Assembly (NCBI RefSeq): GCF_036321535.1
Contig: NC_087437.1
Location: forward strand, 91,452,001-91,516,000
Direction of reading: 5' to 3'
DNA from: Camelus dromedarius
Lineage: Eukaryota
Length of the DNA stretch: 64,000 nucleotides
Shown here in pieces: positions 1 to 10,794 of the stretch. Positions within the stretch are counted from its first letter, which is position 1, and each line of letters opens with the position of its first letter. The notes beneath the pieces are model-generated. The model was not told the origin of the DNA. It did not search any database and saw only the letters and a list, made by a program, of their open reading frames with translations. Position numbers and translations under genes: made by a program.

Positions 1-140
1 CATATTCTGTTTTCTTGCTGCTTCTGTTTCAAACCTCATCTATGTTTCACAACCTATATTCTTTGTATCCTGGATAGTAACATCTACGGATTTTGTGTTT
101 TACTGAGTGATAAGGATTAATTTGTCTAAAATTCATTCTT

Positions 141-659
141 TGTAGTCTAGACTCTAAGAAATAAGTCTCTCAGGAAGCTCCAAGGAAACCCATTTAGCCC
201 TTGTCAACCATGGCACTTAAATATAGGTACCTCCACCTCACAATGCCAGGAGATAAGGAGATGCGGCAAACTCTACCACTACCTTGCTAGAACGTCCACA
301 AGGAACCAGCCCCTGATCACAACACTAGAGCAATGCTATTGCCAAACACAGATGGAGTAGGCAGGTTGAGGGGAAACCAGGTTTCCACCAAGGCATATTG
401 CTCTTGCATTCTTACCCATGCTCTCGTCAGGAAGAAAGGCCAGTACTTCCCAATCATGCCTCTTAAAATGCATGAAACCCAGTGCTTGAAATCACTCTCC
501 CAGAGTCGGATTTTTGATTTGCCAGGTTGTTATAGTCAAGAGTGGGTAAATGGCTACCCGTAAGTTTTCTCCACCCCTGGTGAACACCACCCCTGGCGGT
601 CCGGTTCATGTGCTGCTTGGCCCTCTGTTCATATTTGGATCATGCCCGTTATTTCAACA
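141..659 (+). mobile_element. Probable old LTR (ERVL-like solo LTR), family not identified
   Basis: ~520-bp GC-richer block bounded by TGTAG...TTCAACA in AT-rich flanks; 3' part resembles ERVL-type U5; no clean TSD. Confidence 0.4.
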
Positions 660-837
660 TTGTCTTTGATGACTTGGAAAGAGAAAAGAATCTTCAAAGT
701 TGGAAGAAAATAATAGTTTTACATAAAAAATCAACTTTAAAAATAGCTCATTTTTGTACAAAAATACTGTACTATGAAATAATTGTCAAGTAATTCTTCT
801 AAATACTGACTTCTGAATGAACTGCTTCAACTAGAGG

Positions 838-1020
838 ATTCATTTGTTCATTCAAATATTATTTCCAGGGCATCAGGGTATACACAGTAGTTATCAACAA
901 ATTTTCTACTTTTTTGAGCTTTTATTTTGTTGGAGGGATTCAGAAAATAAACAAAGACACATATAAGGTGTTGGTATGAAGTTACATGGAGCAGGATAAC
1001 GGAGATAGAGTAGGGTAGAA
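838..1020 (-). mobile_element. L2 LINE 3' end fragment
   Basis: Degenerate cattcattcaaatatt...gggtatacacagt...ggagggattcagaaaataaacaa pattern typical of the reverse complement of the L2 terminus. Confidence 0.6.
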
Positions 1021-1207
1021 TAAATAATGGAGTTTATATTAACTGACAATGATATTGAAAGTTAACTCATATTTTAAAGCAAATAGTCAAACAGTAAATA
1101 TAAAATTACAGTTCTAGTCAAAGTTGCCAGTTTTTCACTGGCAAAATTCGAGTGTTTCATGAGATAAACCTTTGATTTCCTAAATTGTTTGTTTCGTTTT
1201 GCATGCC

Positions 1208-1365
1208 TTCTTTTTTATTTTTTATTGAGGTACAATTGACAAATAACATTACATTAGCTTCAATTGTACACCATAATGATATGATCACCATAAAATGTCT
1301 AGTTAACAATAGTCTAATAGTTAACAATAAGTCTAGTTAACATCTGTCAATGAACATATTTACCA
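1208..1365 (-). mobile_element. L1 3' end fragment (L1MA9/Laurasiatherian-type) with small internal tandem duplications
   Basis: T-rich tail then tttattgaggtacaattgacaaataacattacattag...atgatcacca...gtctagttaaca; unit gtctagttaaca repeated ~3x at ~1297-1342. Confidence 0.75.
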
Positions 1366-4262
1366 TTTGGGGCCTAAATTGTTTTTCATTGTACATTCAG
1401 ACCAATAGCTTTGGAAGATAGAAATGTACCTTGGAAAATGTACCTTTAATATTAAGAATAAGAAGTATGATTCAATATACATTTGTTTTCTATACACACA
1501 GCTTTCAATAATAATTCATATATAATTTTGAAATATCAATAAAGAAGCAGTAAAAATATCAGAATACTTTTGAAAGGTATTTCCAAGTCTGTAATAGAAA
1601 AGTTCTATTATTTGGTCTTTTTTCCTATTTTATCCCAAAGTGGCTTAATGCATTCAAATAGTTTCTGCATACTCTGTGTCTTTCTCACATCATTAGTCTA
1701 GAGCTACTGCTGAGAAGTAGCATTACAATATCAGCTTCCACTGAGAGGCTATTTACAACACTGGAAATTATGGAAATTTGGAAGTAGTGACAGGTGTTTC
1801 TAAAAACTCGTCTGAATTATGTTTACCTGCTTGGTGATGTCGTCCAAAGTTAGTGCCTTTAGTGTTCATAATATGTTCAAAACTGTTTTTATTGGTTCAT
1901 CAAACCCATGGCATCAGTTAAAATACAGTCTATCAAATGTCAAATAATAACTGAGATAAGAGCTGAGGGACAAGTATTGGGAGAAAGCGTGGGTGCAGGA
2001 GAATGACTTTATAGCACATTAAAATTGCAATTTCAGAAATGAGGTTGATGGAGGAAACAGTGAGGGTAATAACCTAGGAATTCCTATAAAATATTTTTTG
2101 TTTAAAAAAAGCATAACAAAAACTAGGCTTTAAAAAACAAGAAGTGCCCAATAACCCGGAAACACTGCTTTTTCTGTGTACACCTGGTTTCATAATTATA
2201 AAACTCTTGTATGTATCAGTGAGTGCTATGGCACCATTTTAATTGGAAAATGGTCTGTTTACTTCACTGTAGATTATTAATTTCAAGTCCCAATATGTCT
2301 ATTGTAGAAGAACAGAAATAGCAATAATTATAACTGAATAAAAGTAATTTTTAGAAGCAACTGTCAACCTATTATCACAAAGATAAAATCCCCTTGAGAG
2401 AAATGAATGAGGGCACTGTGTGAGATATCAATCTATTGAAAGGCCCCTGGGAGGTGACTGAACGAAGACTGCACCCTAATGGTTTCTGTTGTGTCTAAAT
2501 AAAGAGAATATAAAAACATGACCAGGAGATATAAAGTCAAAACCACTGATAAGTTTATTACAACATGTGGATCACAAACACATCTAAGATCTTACTTCAC
2601 TAAGAATTACAATATTTGATACATTGTCCAATATGGAAGGAGAATTTATAAAAAGCTGCAAGAGAATGAGTGGCTTAAATTTCACAAATACAGTCTTATA
2701 CAAGTGGGGGTATTGCCACATATGTTATAGTCCTCTGCAATTTGTGATATTTAAAATTCCATCATGAAATGAGTAATATGTAGAATACTAGGCAGAACCT
2801 TATAACAAGCAATACCTAGTTGTCCAAATGTGCCATTTTCACTGCTGCCTGAATTGAAGCAGAAGCCCTTAAAGTTTCTGAGATCATGAGATTTATTCAG
2901 TGAGTAAACCGAGTTAGCATTTCCTAGATGCTCAGTACAGAAATGATGCAGCTCAGTTTAGATATCAAGCTCAAAAGGGCCAGGTCACCATCAACCCGTA
3001 TTTTCCCAGATTCATAGATGCTCTAGATTCAAAAAGAGGACAAACGACCTTGCATGACTGGGCGGTTCCAAATCGATTAGGATGAAGTCCAGGAATTATT
3101 GTAAAAGTTCTTAGGCTCTGACACCTGGTGTGCTTGAGTACTCACCTCCAGGACGATGAGATTGTTAAATTGGTTTTGAAAATTAGAAAATTAATCAGAT
3201 AAATCTAGACTAGTGGTAGTTTATCTATTTTCCTGTGTTGTTTGGTTTGGTTCAGGGAGGTATTGGCTTTTTGACCTCAACAAACTTTCTTGTATTTCAT
3301 CACATGCTTGTCAGAAAAAATTTGTCAGGCTCTGCAACTGTTTATCTTTCTCTCAGGCTGTATTGCAGGTACCCTAATTCCCTATCATTTCTTTTCTGCT
3401 ATCAATTTTATGTCTAACAAATGCTGTATTTCTAGAAGATGCTATGCTGGACATTTTGTGACTTGCATTTGGCATGAAGCAATGTTAATACACTGTTCAG
3501 AACACTGTCCTTTGCCCACTTTGGCAAAAAAACAAAAAAACAAAAAACAAAAAAAATAATTACTTGAAACCCTAAGTGTGTTAGATCCCTTAGTAGAAGA
3601 ACTTTTCCAAAATCAACAACAGCATGGTTAAAATAGAGTGAGAAAAACTGCTTAAATGCCTGAAAATATAAAAAACTTCAGAGTTGTTTTCTTTAAGGAA
3701 ATCTTGAATTAAACTGAAATTTTTATTTTAAGTGTTTATTCTTTTAGAAAGCCAAAATTGACTGACTAGTCCTACATTTCACAATGAATACCTTAGGGAT
3801 GTACATTCTTCTATTAGTTACGAGATTTTATTTTTAAACCGTGACAGTGCTCACTCCCTTGTTTATCCAGAGTTACATTACCTCTATTTGTATCAGCAAA
3901 CTTCCCTCTCATCAGCTTTATACTTCACTCTTTCCCAGTCTGATCGCTGTCTATCTAATCATACAATGCTACAAAGACCTGTGAGAATATCCTTATACTT
4001 TGTGTCTTAAGATATTGGTCAATTGGTTTATTATTATCCCTTTGAACTAGGAATGGAATGGATTATATGAAGACCTGAGTTAAAATACGTTTTCTGGTCA
4101 TCCATACTTCACTTGAAATGACTATGAAAATCTCCCTTCTTTACAGTGGCAGATAATATACACGAAGTCGACGGTGACCTGACCTTTATGCCATTATATT
4201 TAAGCTTTTTTTCTTTAAAAAATATCCAAAGACCTATAATTAATATCTCTTACTTTTATACC

Positions 4263-4751
4263 TGTCAACTGAGATAAATGCACAGCCTAAAACTTGAGAG
4301 TAATGTTTTATTTGGCGGACATTTCTGAGGACTCGAACTCCTTCGAGCCCAGGATGACAGCCTCTCAGATCGCTCTGAGGGACTGCTCTGAAGAGGTGGG
4401 GAGGAGCTAGGATATATAGGAGCTTTACAACAAAGACCAGGTAGTTGGAACAGTACTTGTTAACTAAAGAAAACCAGGCATCTCAAGTTAAAGAATTCAG
4501 TGCTTTTCTCTGTATGGGAGGAAGCAAACATTTGGGCTCACTGAATTCATTCCTTAGACAAGCACCTAGCTACCTAGGGCCTGTATCCTGTCCTTTCTTA
4601 TTCTGAGTCCCCTCAGGGTGCACCATTGTGAGTGGCTGCAGTGGTTGGGCTGCAGGCTTGTCTTCACTGGAGGGTGGTGGCAGCCACTGATGACTTGATG
4701 TTTTCAGCATTCTTTGTTTGCTGATATGGTTTGCAGTATTTTTTGCTCACA
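4263..4751 (-). mobile_element. ERV1-class solo LTR (family A, copy 1)
   Basis: TG...CA termini; minus-strand TATATA (~4412) and AATAAA (~4307); flanks tacc/tact (4-bp TSD, 1 mismatch); near-identical to 9192-9696. Confidence 0.9.
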
Positions 4752-4847
4752 TACTTCACCATTGGAAAGTTCTCTAGCATGAAACAGAAACAACTTTGAA
4801 AAATGGTTTGTTTCAGTGCTCAGACTGATGAGAAAGATGAATTCAAC

Positions 4848-5504
4848 TGTTGCCAATAGATGCAACCAGTGTTCCAGGTTCTTGTCCCGTCCCAGAAAGA
4901 ATTCAGAGACAAGACATAGTGGTTAAAAAGGTAAAGTGAGGATTTATTAAAGGATGGATAGTACACTCTCAGGGGAGAGCGGGCAGGCTCAGGTGAGTGG
5001 CTGCCCTGAGTTTCTTTGGCAAGTTAGCTACATAGGGTGTAAAAATGAATAGACAGAATATTCATTGGGGAGGGAATGGTTTGGGGTCGTATTCCCTGAT
5101 TATCATCCCAACTCCACCTTCCCAAAGGGAGGAGGGATTTTTGTCCTTATTTAGTCTGGGTCGGAAGTGTCATGGCGTCGGTGCATGATGGATACTTCTG
5201 ATCTGCAAGGCTAATTTTATTGAAATGAGGGCATAATAAGCAAAAGGTTAGATACGGAACTGGAAATTCCTGCCTTTTCTCACCTTTCTTTGTTCTTCTC
5301 CAGGCCACTTGTCATCCCAAAATGCATGATCCCTTTTCAGCACAAAGGTTCCTGCTTTTCTTTCTTTGCCCAGGGACCCCTAGTGCTTACATTGATGTGT
5401 GGTTTCCTGCATTTGGCCTGTGCCCCTCCTTTCTGCCCAATTCCTGCCATTTGGTCTGTGTCCCCCTTTCTCTGCTCATATCTAGCTATCTGCCTGCTCT
5501 AACA
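4848..5504 (-). mobile_element. ERV1-class solo LTR (family B)
   Basis: Minus strand starts TGTTAGAGCAGGCAGATAGCTAGATATGAGCAG; AATAAA at ~4943-4948(-); left boundary uncertain (4848-4861), TSD not resolved; 4925-5004 matches 55167-55246. Confidence 0.85.
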
Positions 5505-6155
5505 TTAGGACTAACTTGCAAGGACTACCTTCTAAATACAGTTATCTGCTCCCCATGCTCAAGCCTTTATAATAGCATCACAAACTTAAATGGCTCTTTT
5601 TTTCCCCAAAGAATGCAAGGAGTTTTTGCAAAGATTATTGAGATGATTATTATTCAGTCTCTGAGCATCTCTATGGATGCGTTCCCTTATTATTCCTATT
5701 TTGAAAATAGCTAAGGTGGTTGTAGTCTGTATGTTTAAAGTCCTTCTCTGAGCTTTTAGGAATGCTTGAGGGATAATTATATAATAGAGGCCTTAGAGGT
5801 TAGTTTCCTGGGGTCTTGCCCTTCCTATACATTCCTCATTTCTTTTTGAAGAACTGAGTAGATCTTGTTACAAAAACATTCAAAAATAGAATGTTTCTAC
5901 TACAATACAACCTTCTTGAGCGCAATGCATTATTTAACCTTATTCAATAATATGCAACGTAATGTGGGACTTCTATGAACCAGTAACTGCCAAGAATAGC
6001 TTTTAGGAAAAAAAAAGAGAGAGAGACAAATTATTCCTAAACTTAAGCCTGTTTAAAAATAACAATCAAAACAAACTCAACAACCTTGAAAGCTAGTGTC
6101 AAAGCCTGGGTTTAAGAAACTAAAAGGCAACTTATTTCATTGATAAAGAACAATA

Positions 6156-6367
6156 TGGGGGATAGATTAGGAGTTTGGAATTAACAGATACACATTAGTA
6201 TAGATAAAATAGATAAATAACAAGGACCTACTGTACAGCACAGGGAACTATATCCTATTTCTTGTAATGAGCTATAATGGAAGAGAATATATGTTACTGA
6301 ATCACTTTGCTGTACACCTGAACTAACATTGTAAATCGACTGCACTTCCATAAAAAATAAGGATTAA
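6156..6367 (+). mobile_element. 5'-truncated L1 3' end (cetartiodactyl-type)
   Basis: gggatagattaggagtttggaattaacagatacaca...aacaaggacctactgtacagcacagggaactatat...gaatcactttgctgtacacctgaa; A-rich tail; TSD ataaagaacaata (6143-6155)/ataaataacaata (6368-6380). Confidence 0.9.
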
Positions 6368-7234
6368 ATAAATAACAATAGCAGTTTATCTGTCCCCCAG
6401 CATTCAGTAGACAGGAAGATTGGCTTCCAAACAGTGGAGTTAAAGATTTAGCAACATAGTCACATAAAGTCGTATAAAGCTGTGACTGCTGTCAACTCTA
6501 CAAAAGATGCACAGATTCTCTCAGATACAAGTGGCTTTTTAGTAACATTGACATATTTTTATTCACCTCTTTGACAAAGATGGTAACTTGGTTAGTGTGG
6601 TGCAGAGCACAGTATACCCAGTGCTACCACATTCCTGTTATTCTTTACAAGTAATTTCACGAGGAAATAAAGCAGTTTAAGTGAAGAAAAGTAAGCTCAG
6701 ACTGTGGTGGTGGAACCAAGCTTGTCCATCCTGATGAAAAATTTCAAGCTGGTCAAAAACAGTGTATTACCTGAGGAAAATACATAATAAGTCTAATATA
6801 TTCATTTTAAACCTAGGATTTTCACACAAAAAAGTGAAATTGTTTTTGCTTTTCCCTACCTAATGAAGGGATTCTGACTCATATAACGTTCAAGTGAGAA
6901 ATGGCGATAAACACAAATACACAGGCTCATGAAGTTGAAATATGTATTTTCTGCAATTTGCAAAACATAACAATGTGTAATATCTGAAAAACAATTAAAA
7001 TTTAATACAAATCAGATAATTTTAGTTAATTTAACCAAGTTAAACATATATTTTGAATTAAGGTCAGGTGTGAGGAAGAGAGAGAGAAACATTATACACA
7101 CATACACTCGTGCACATATTCACAGGCACACACATGTAAACATACACAGAAAAATCTTTAAGAACTAGAATAAAAATACTGACAAAGTAAATAAAGCTAC
7201 AGATTGAAAGAAGCCCGTCACATCAATTGCACAG

Positions 7235-7322
7235 GAGTAGGGACTTCGTTCTGTTCTTTGCTATATGCCAGAGTCTACAACAAGCACATATTTAATATAT
7301 ACTTGATGAATGAAAGAATGAG
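7235..7322 (+). mobile_element. L2 3' terminal fragment
   Basis: gtagggact...tgttctttgctatatgccagagtcta...tgatgaatgaaagaatga terminus. Confidence 0.55.
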
Positions 7323-7822
7323 TGTAGAAAGCAGTAATCATCCTGTATTTCTGTACAATGAAATACTGCCTATAATGGGCTAAGTGTCAGGCATGGTCCA
7401 TGTTATTCTTGTTTTGAGAAATCATAGAAAATACTACAGTTTTTCAGAAAGAAAAAAGGAATGCATAGGAAATGCAGTACCTCAGAAAACTAAACTATGA
7501 AATTTCCATGCTATGCAGTTCTGAAAACCTTGAAAAAGATTTTATTTAAATACAACAACTGTAACCATTTGCCAAACAAAATAACCAACAGTATTCCAAT
7601 TTTTAATGAAATAAATAGTGAATATTTCATTAAGTTTATTTTGTTTTCCAGCAAACAGGCAACCAAAAGGTTTTCATTTATCAGGTTTAATAATGTCCTC
7701 TCTATACATATGACATTATAACACTGACAAACATTATTAGGGCATTTTTAAGTATGAAACTATGTCATTAGATTCAATGGTTAATGGTTAATATTTTGCT
7801 AAATTAAGTTGGAGGAAAAGTT

Positions 7823-7847
7823 TATATATATATATATATATATATAT
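7823..7847. repeat. (TA)n microsatellite
   Basis: Direct reading, ~12 units. Confidence 0.95.
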
Positions 7848-8328
7848 TCTGTTCTTATGTTTGTTCTTATAAAACATTTCCTTGATTATTTGTTTTATAA
7901 AAATTCCTACTTGTATGAAGTGATTAAAGCAAATATTCAAATCTGTACAAATTTTTTTTGTATTTGAGATGTCCCATGTTGACTGAATTGGTGACCCATA
8001 ACTTTGTTGTGTTCTCTCACTCTGGCTCCAGGTTTAATTTTGAGGCTTGCTTTGGAAATTGAATATTTGCGGATTCAGTGCTTGAAAAAGCTTGGGGGAG
8101 TACCTGCAAGTTCCTGCTTGTTCTCTTGTCGCCTTTGCCATTGCTTTGCAATCACACTCAGGCTTGTCTGCTGACAGGTAAGAGTTGGAAATACCAGGGT
8201 CAGGTTGCCCCAGTTGCCCCAGCCACTGCCAGCTCAGATCCACCGACGGCTATACTTGTGAACCCACAGCCAAGAGTAGCACCTAGATAACTGCCCCAGG
8301 TAAGTAGATCATTTACTATTTATGCCAC

Positions 8329-8957
8329 TGATACAGGAAAACAGATGTGGGGCATGAGGAGGGCCGTGTCCCAGGTCTCAGTTGAGCCCCAGGGACATGC
8401 CCCACCAAGTATGGGTCCTTGGCTTCGCGCAGGAAAGAATTCAAGAGCGAGCCACAGTTGAGTGAAAGTAGATTTATTCACAGAGATACATTGAAAAGCA
8501 AGAGAAAGGCCGCGAGGCGTCGGTATTGGGTGCTCAGATTAAAAGTAGGTACACACTCCATAGACAGAATGTGGGCCATCTCCAAAGAGGGAGAGAGAGG
8601 GGCAGCTGCAAGGCACTCTGTTGCTGGTTTTTATGGGCTTGGTGGCTTCATATGCTAATAAGTGGAAGGACCAGTCTAAGTAGCCTGGGGAAGGGGCTGG
8701 GATTCCCAGAAAGCTGGCCGTTTCCCACTCTTTGACCTTTTGTGGCTAGCCTTGGGACTGCCATGGTGCCTATGGGTGTGTTATTCACCAAGTTAATATA
8801 GTACAATGAGCGTATAATGAAGCTCAGGATCTGCTAGAAGTTAAATCTCTCATCTTCTTGAGCCTCAAGGCCTAGTGGGGGTTGAATCTTTCACCATTTT
8901 AATGTTAATTGCTGTAGCATTCCTTGAATGGCTGTGCCCTGCCCTCTTCCTGTCTCA
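8329..8957 (-). mobile_element. ERV1-class solo LTR (family C, longer copy)
   Basis: TG...CA termini, perfect 4-bp TSD ccac (8325-8328/8958-8961); minus-strand AATAAA (~8473) and ATAAAAA TATA-like element (~8628-8634); homologous to 57150-57507. Confidence 0.92.
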
Positions 8958-9191
8958 CCACTGTGGTCTGAGGAGGGCTTAATTCTCTTGTTGTTCTTGT
9001 TATGAAACTCTATAGTGTCAGCAGATAGTGGATATCAAAGTAGTCACGCAGAAAACGTTCCATGTTGATTTCATTTTATTTGTATGTGTATTCCTTCTTT
9101 CAACAACTTGCTAACCTTATACTATTAAATTATGAATACAGCCTTTTTTTCTAAAGAACTTGGCAATAACTAATTCAAGCTTGATCCATCT

Positions 9192-9696
9192 TGTCGACTG
9201 AAATAAATGCACAGCCTAAAACTTGAGAGTCATGTTTTATTTGGCAGACATTTCTGAGGGCTCTAACCCCTTCAAGCCCAGGATGACAGCCTCTCAGATC
9301 GCTCTGAGGGACTGCTCTGAAGAGGTGGGGAGGAGCTAGGATATATAGGAGCTTTACAACAAAGACCAGGTAGTTGGAACAGTAGAAGATTACTTGTTAA
9401 CTAAAGAAAACCAGGCATCTCAAGTTAAAGAATTCAGTGCTTTTCTCTGTATGGGAGGAAGCAAACATTTGGGCTCACTGAATTCATTCCTTAGACAAGC
9501 ACCTAGCTACCTAGGGCCTGTATCCTGTCCTTTCTTATTCTGAGTCCCCTCAGGGTGCACCATTGTGAGTGGCTGCAGTGGTTGGGCTGCAGGCTTGTCT
9601 TCACTGGGGGGGGGGGGGGGGGTGGCAGCCACTGATGACTTGATGTTTTCAGCATTCTTTGTTTGCTGATACGGTTTGCAGTATTTTTCATTCATA
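9192..9696 (-). mobile_element. ERV1-class solo LTR (family A, copy 2)
   Basis: Near-identical to 4263-4751; perfect 4-bp TSD atct (9188-9191/9697-9700); G17 run at 9606-9622. Confidence 0.92.
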
Positions 9697-10301
9697 ATCT
9701 CGATTAAAATATCTGGAAAAAACCACACTAGCTGTGAAAGAATTGGTAGTGTCCTTTCTGTGTCCTCCTGGCAACCAGAATTTGACCTCATCAACTGTTC
9801 TGTTGATATCTCAGGTGAATTCTCTGCAGTTTCCTCCCTAAGGCTTTCTCTTTGTTTGTTCTCTAAGAGTGTTTAGGAATTCATTAGCAAAGAATAGAGA
9901 AAAATCTGCCTTTTTTCCCCTTGTGGTACCTGACTTTATCCTGGTAATTCCTGACCCCTCAAACCTGAAATTCATTGGAAAAAAAAAAAAGATATAAATA
10001 AAAGCTTCCCCTACTCCTTTTCCAAGGTTGTATAATTTTAAAAAGTATCTTGGAGCCGTACCGTAGGTCACTATAATTCCCTCCTAAAATGTATACATAT
10101 CTTTCTGAATTTCATGATTAATGCCATTTTCTAACCTTGAAATTTTGAAAATTTGTGCATTTCCCCCAAAAAAGTCGGATTCAGTGCAATGGCTTAGTAT
10201 GTGATATAGCTAAATTTGAAAAAATTGGCAACAAGTTATTAAAAAAATATGAACTTCAGAATTTGCTTTCAATATATTTATACCTGTTATATATACTGGG
10301 G

Positions 10302-10794
10302 TGTTGGAGGCTGAAAAATGGCCACAAATTATGTCCACACCATAATTCCTTGAACCTGTGTCATCATACATGAAATGACAAGAACTTTGCAGATGTGACT
10401 GTCAAGGATCTTGAAATGGAGAGATAATCTATTACCTCAGTGGGTCTGATGTAACCACAAGAGTCCATTGAGGAGGGAGGCACGAAGGTCAGAGTCAGAG
10501 GTGAAAGGATGCAACATCAGAAGCAGAGATTGGACTGACGCACCTAAAGATGGAAGGAGCCACCACAAGCTAAGGAATTCAGACAGCCACTAGCAGCTAA
10601 AAAAAGCAAGGAAACAGCTTCTCTCATCAGAGCCTCCAGAAGAAACCAGCCTTGTTGACACTTGGGTTTTACCCCAGTGAAAACATTGGGGCACTTCTGA
10701 CCTTCAGAGCAATAAGAGAATGCATCTGTAATGTTTTAATCCATTCAGTTTGTAGTCATTTAATTTGTTGCCACATCAGTAAGAAACTAATACA
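10302..10794 (+). mobile_element. MaLR LTR, MLT1D-like
   Basis: tgttggaggctgaaaaatggcc...gaactttgcagatgtga...aaggaaacagcttctc...gaaactaataca; 5-bp TSD-like tgggg/tggag. Confidence 0.85.

Noticed and set aside
410..425. Minus-strand agcATGG|gtaaga (Kozak ATG plus donor)
   Set aside because: Lies in a probable old LTR; no supporting promoter or downstream exon in the window
4263..9696. Intact provirus with paired LTRs
   Set aside because: Separate TSDs per LTR, no retroviral ORFs, interval contains L1/L2 remnants
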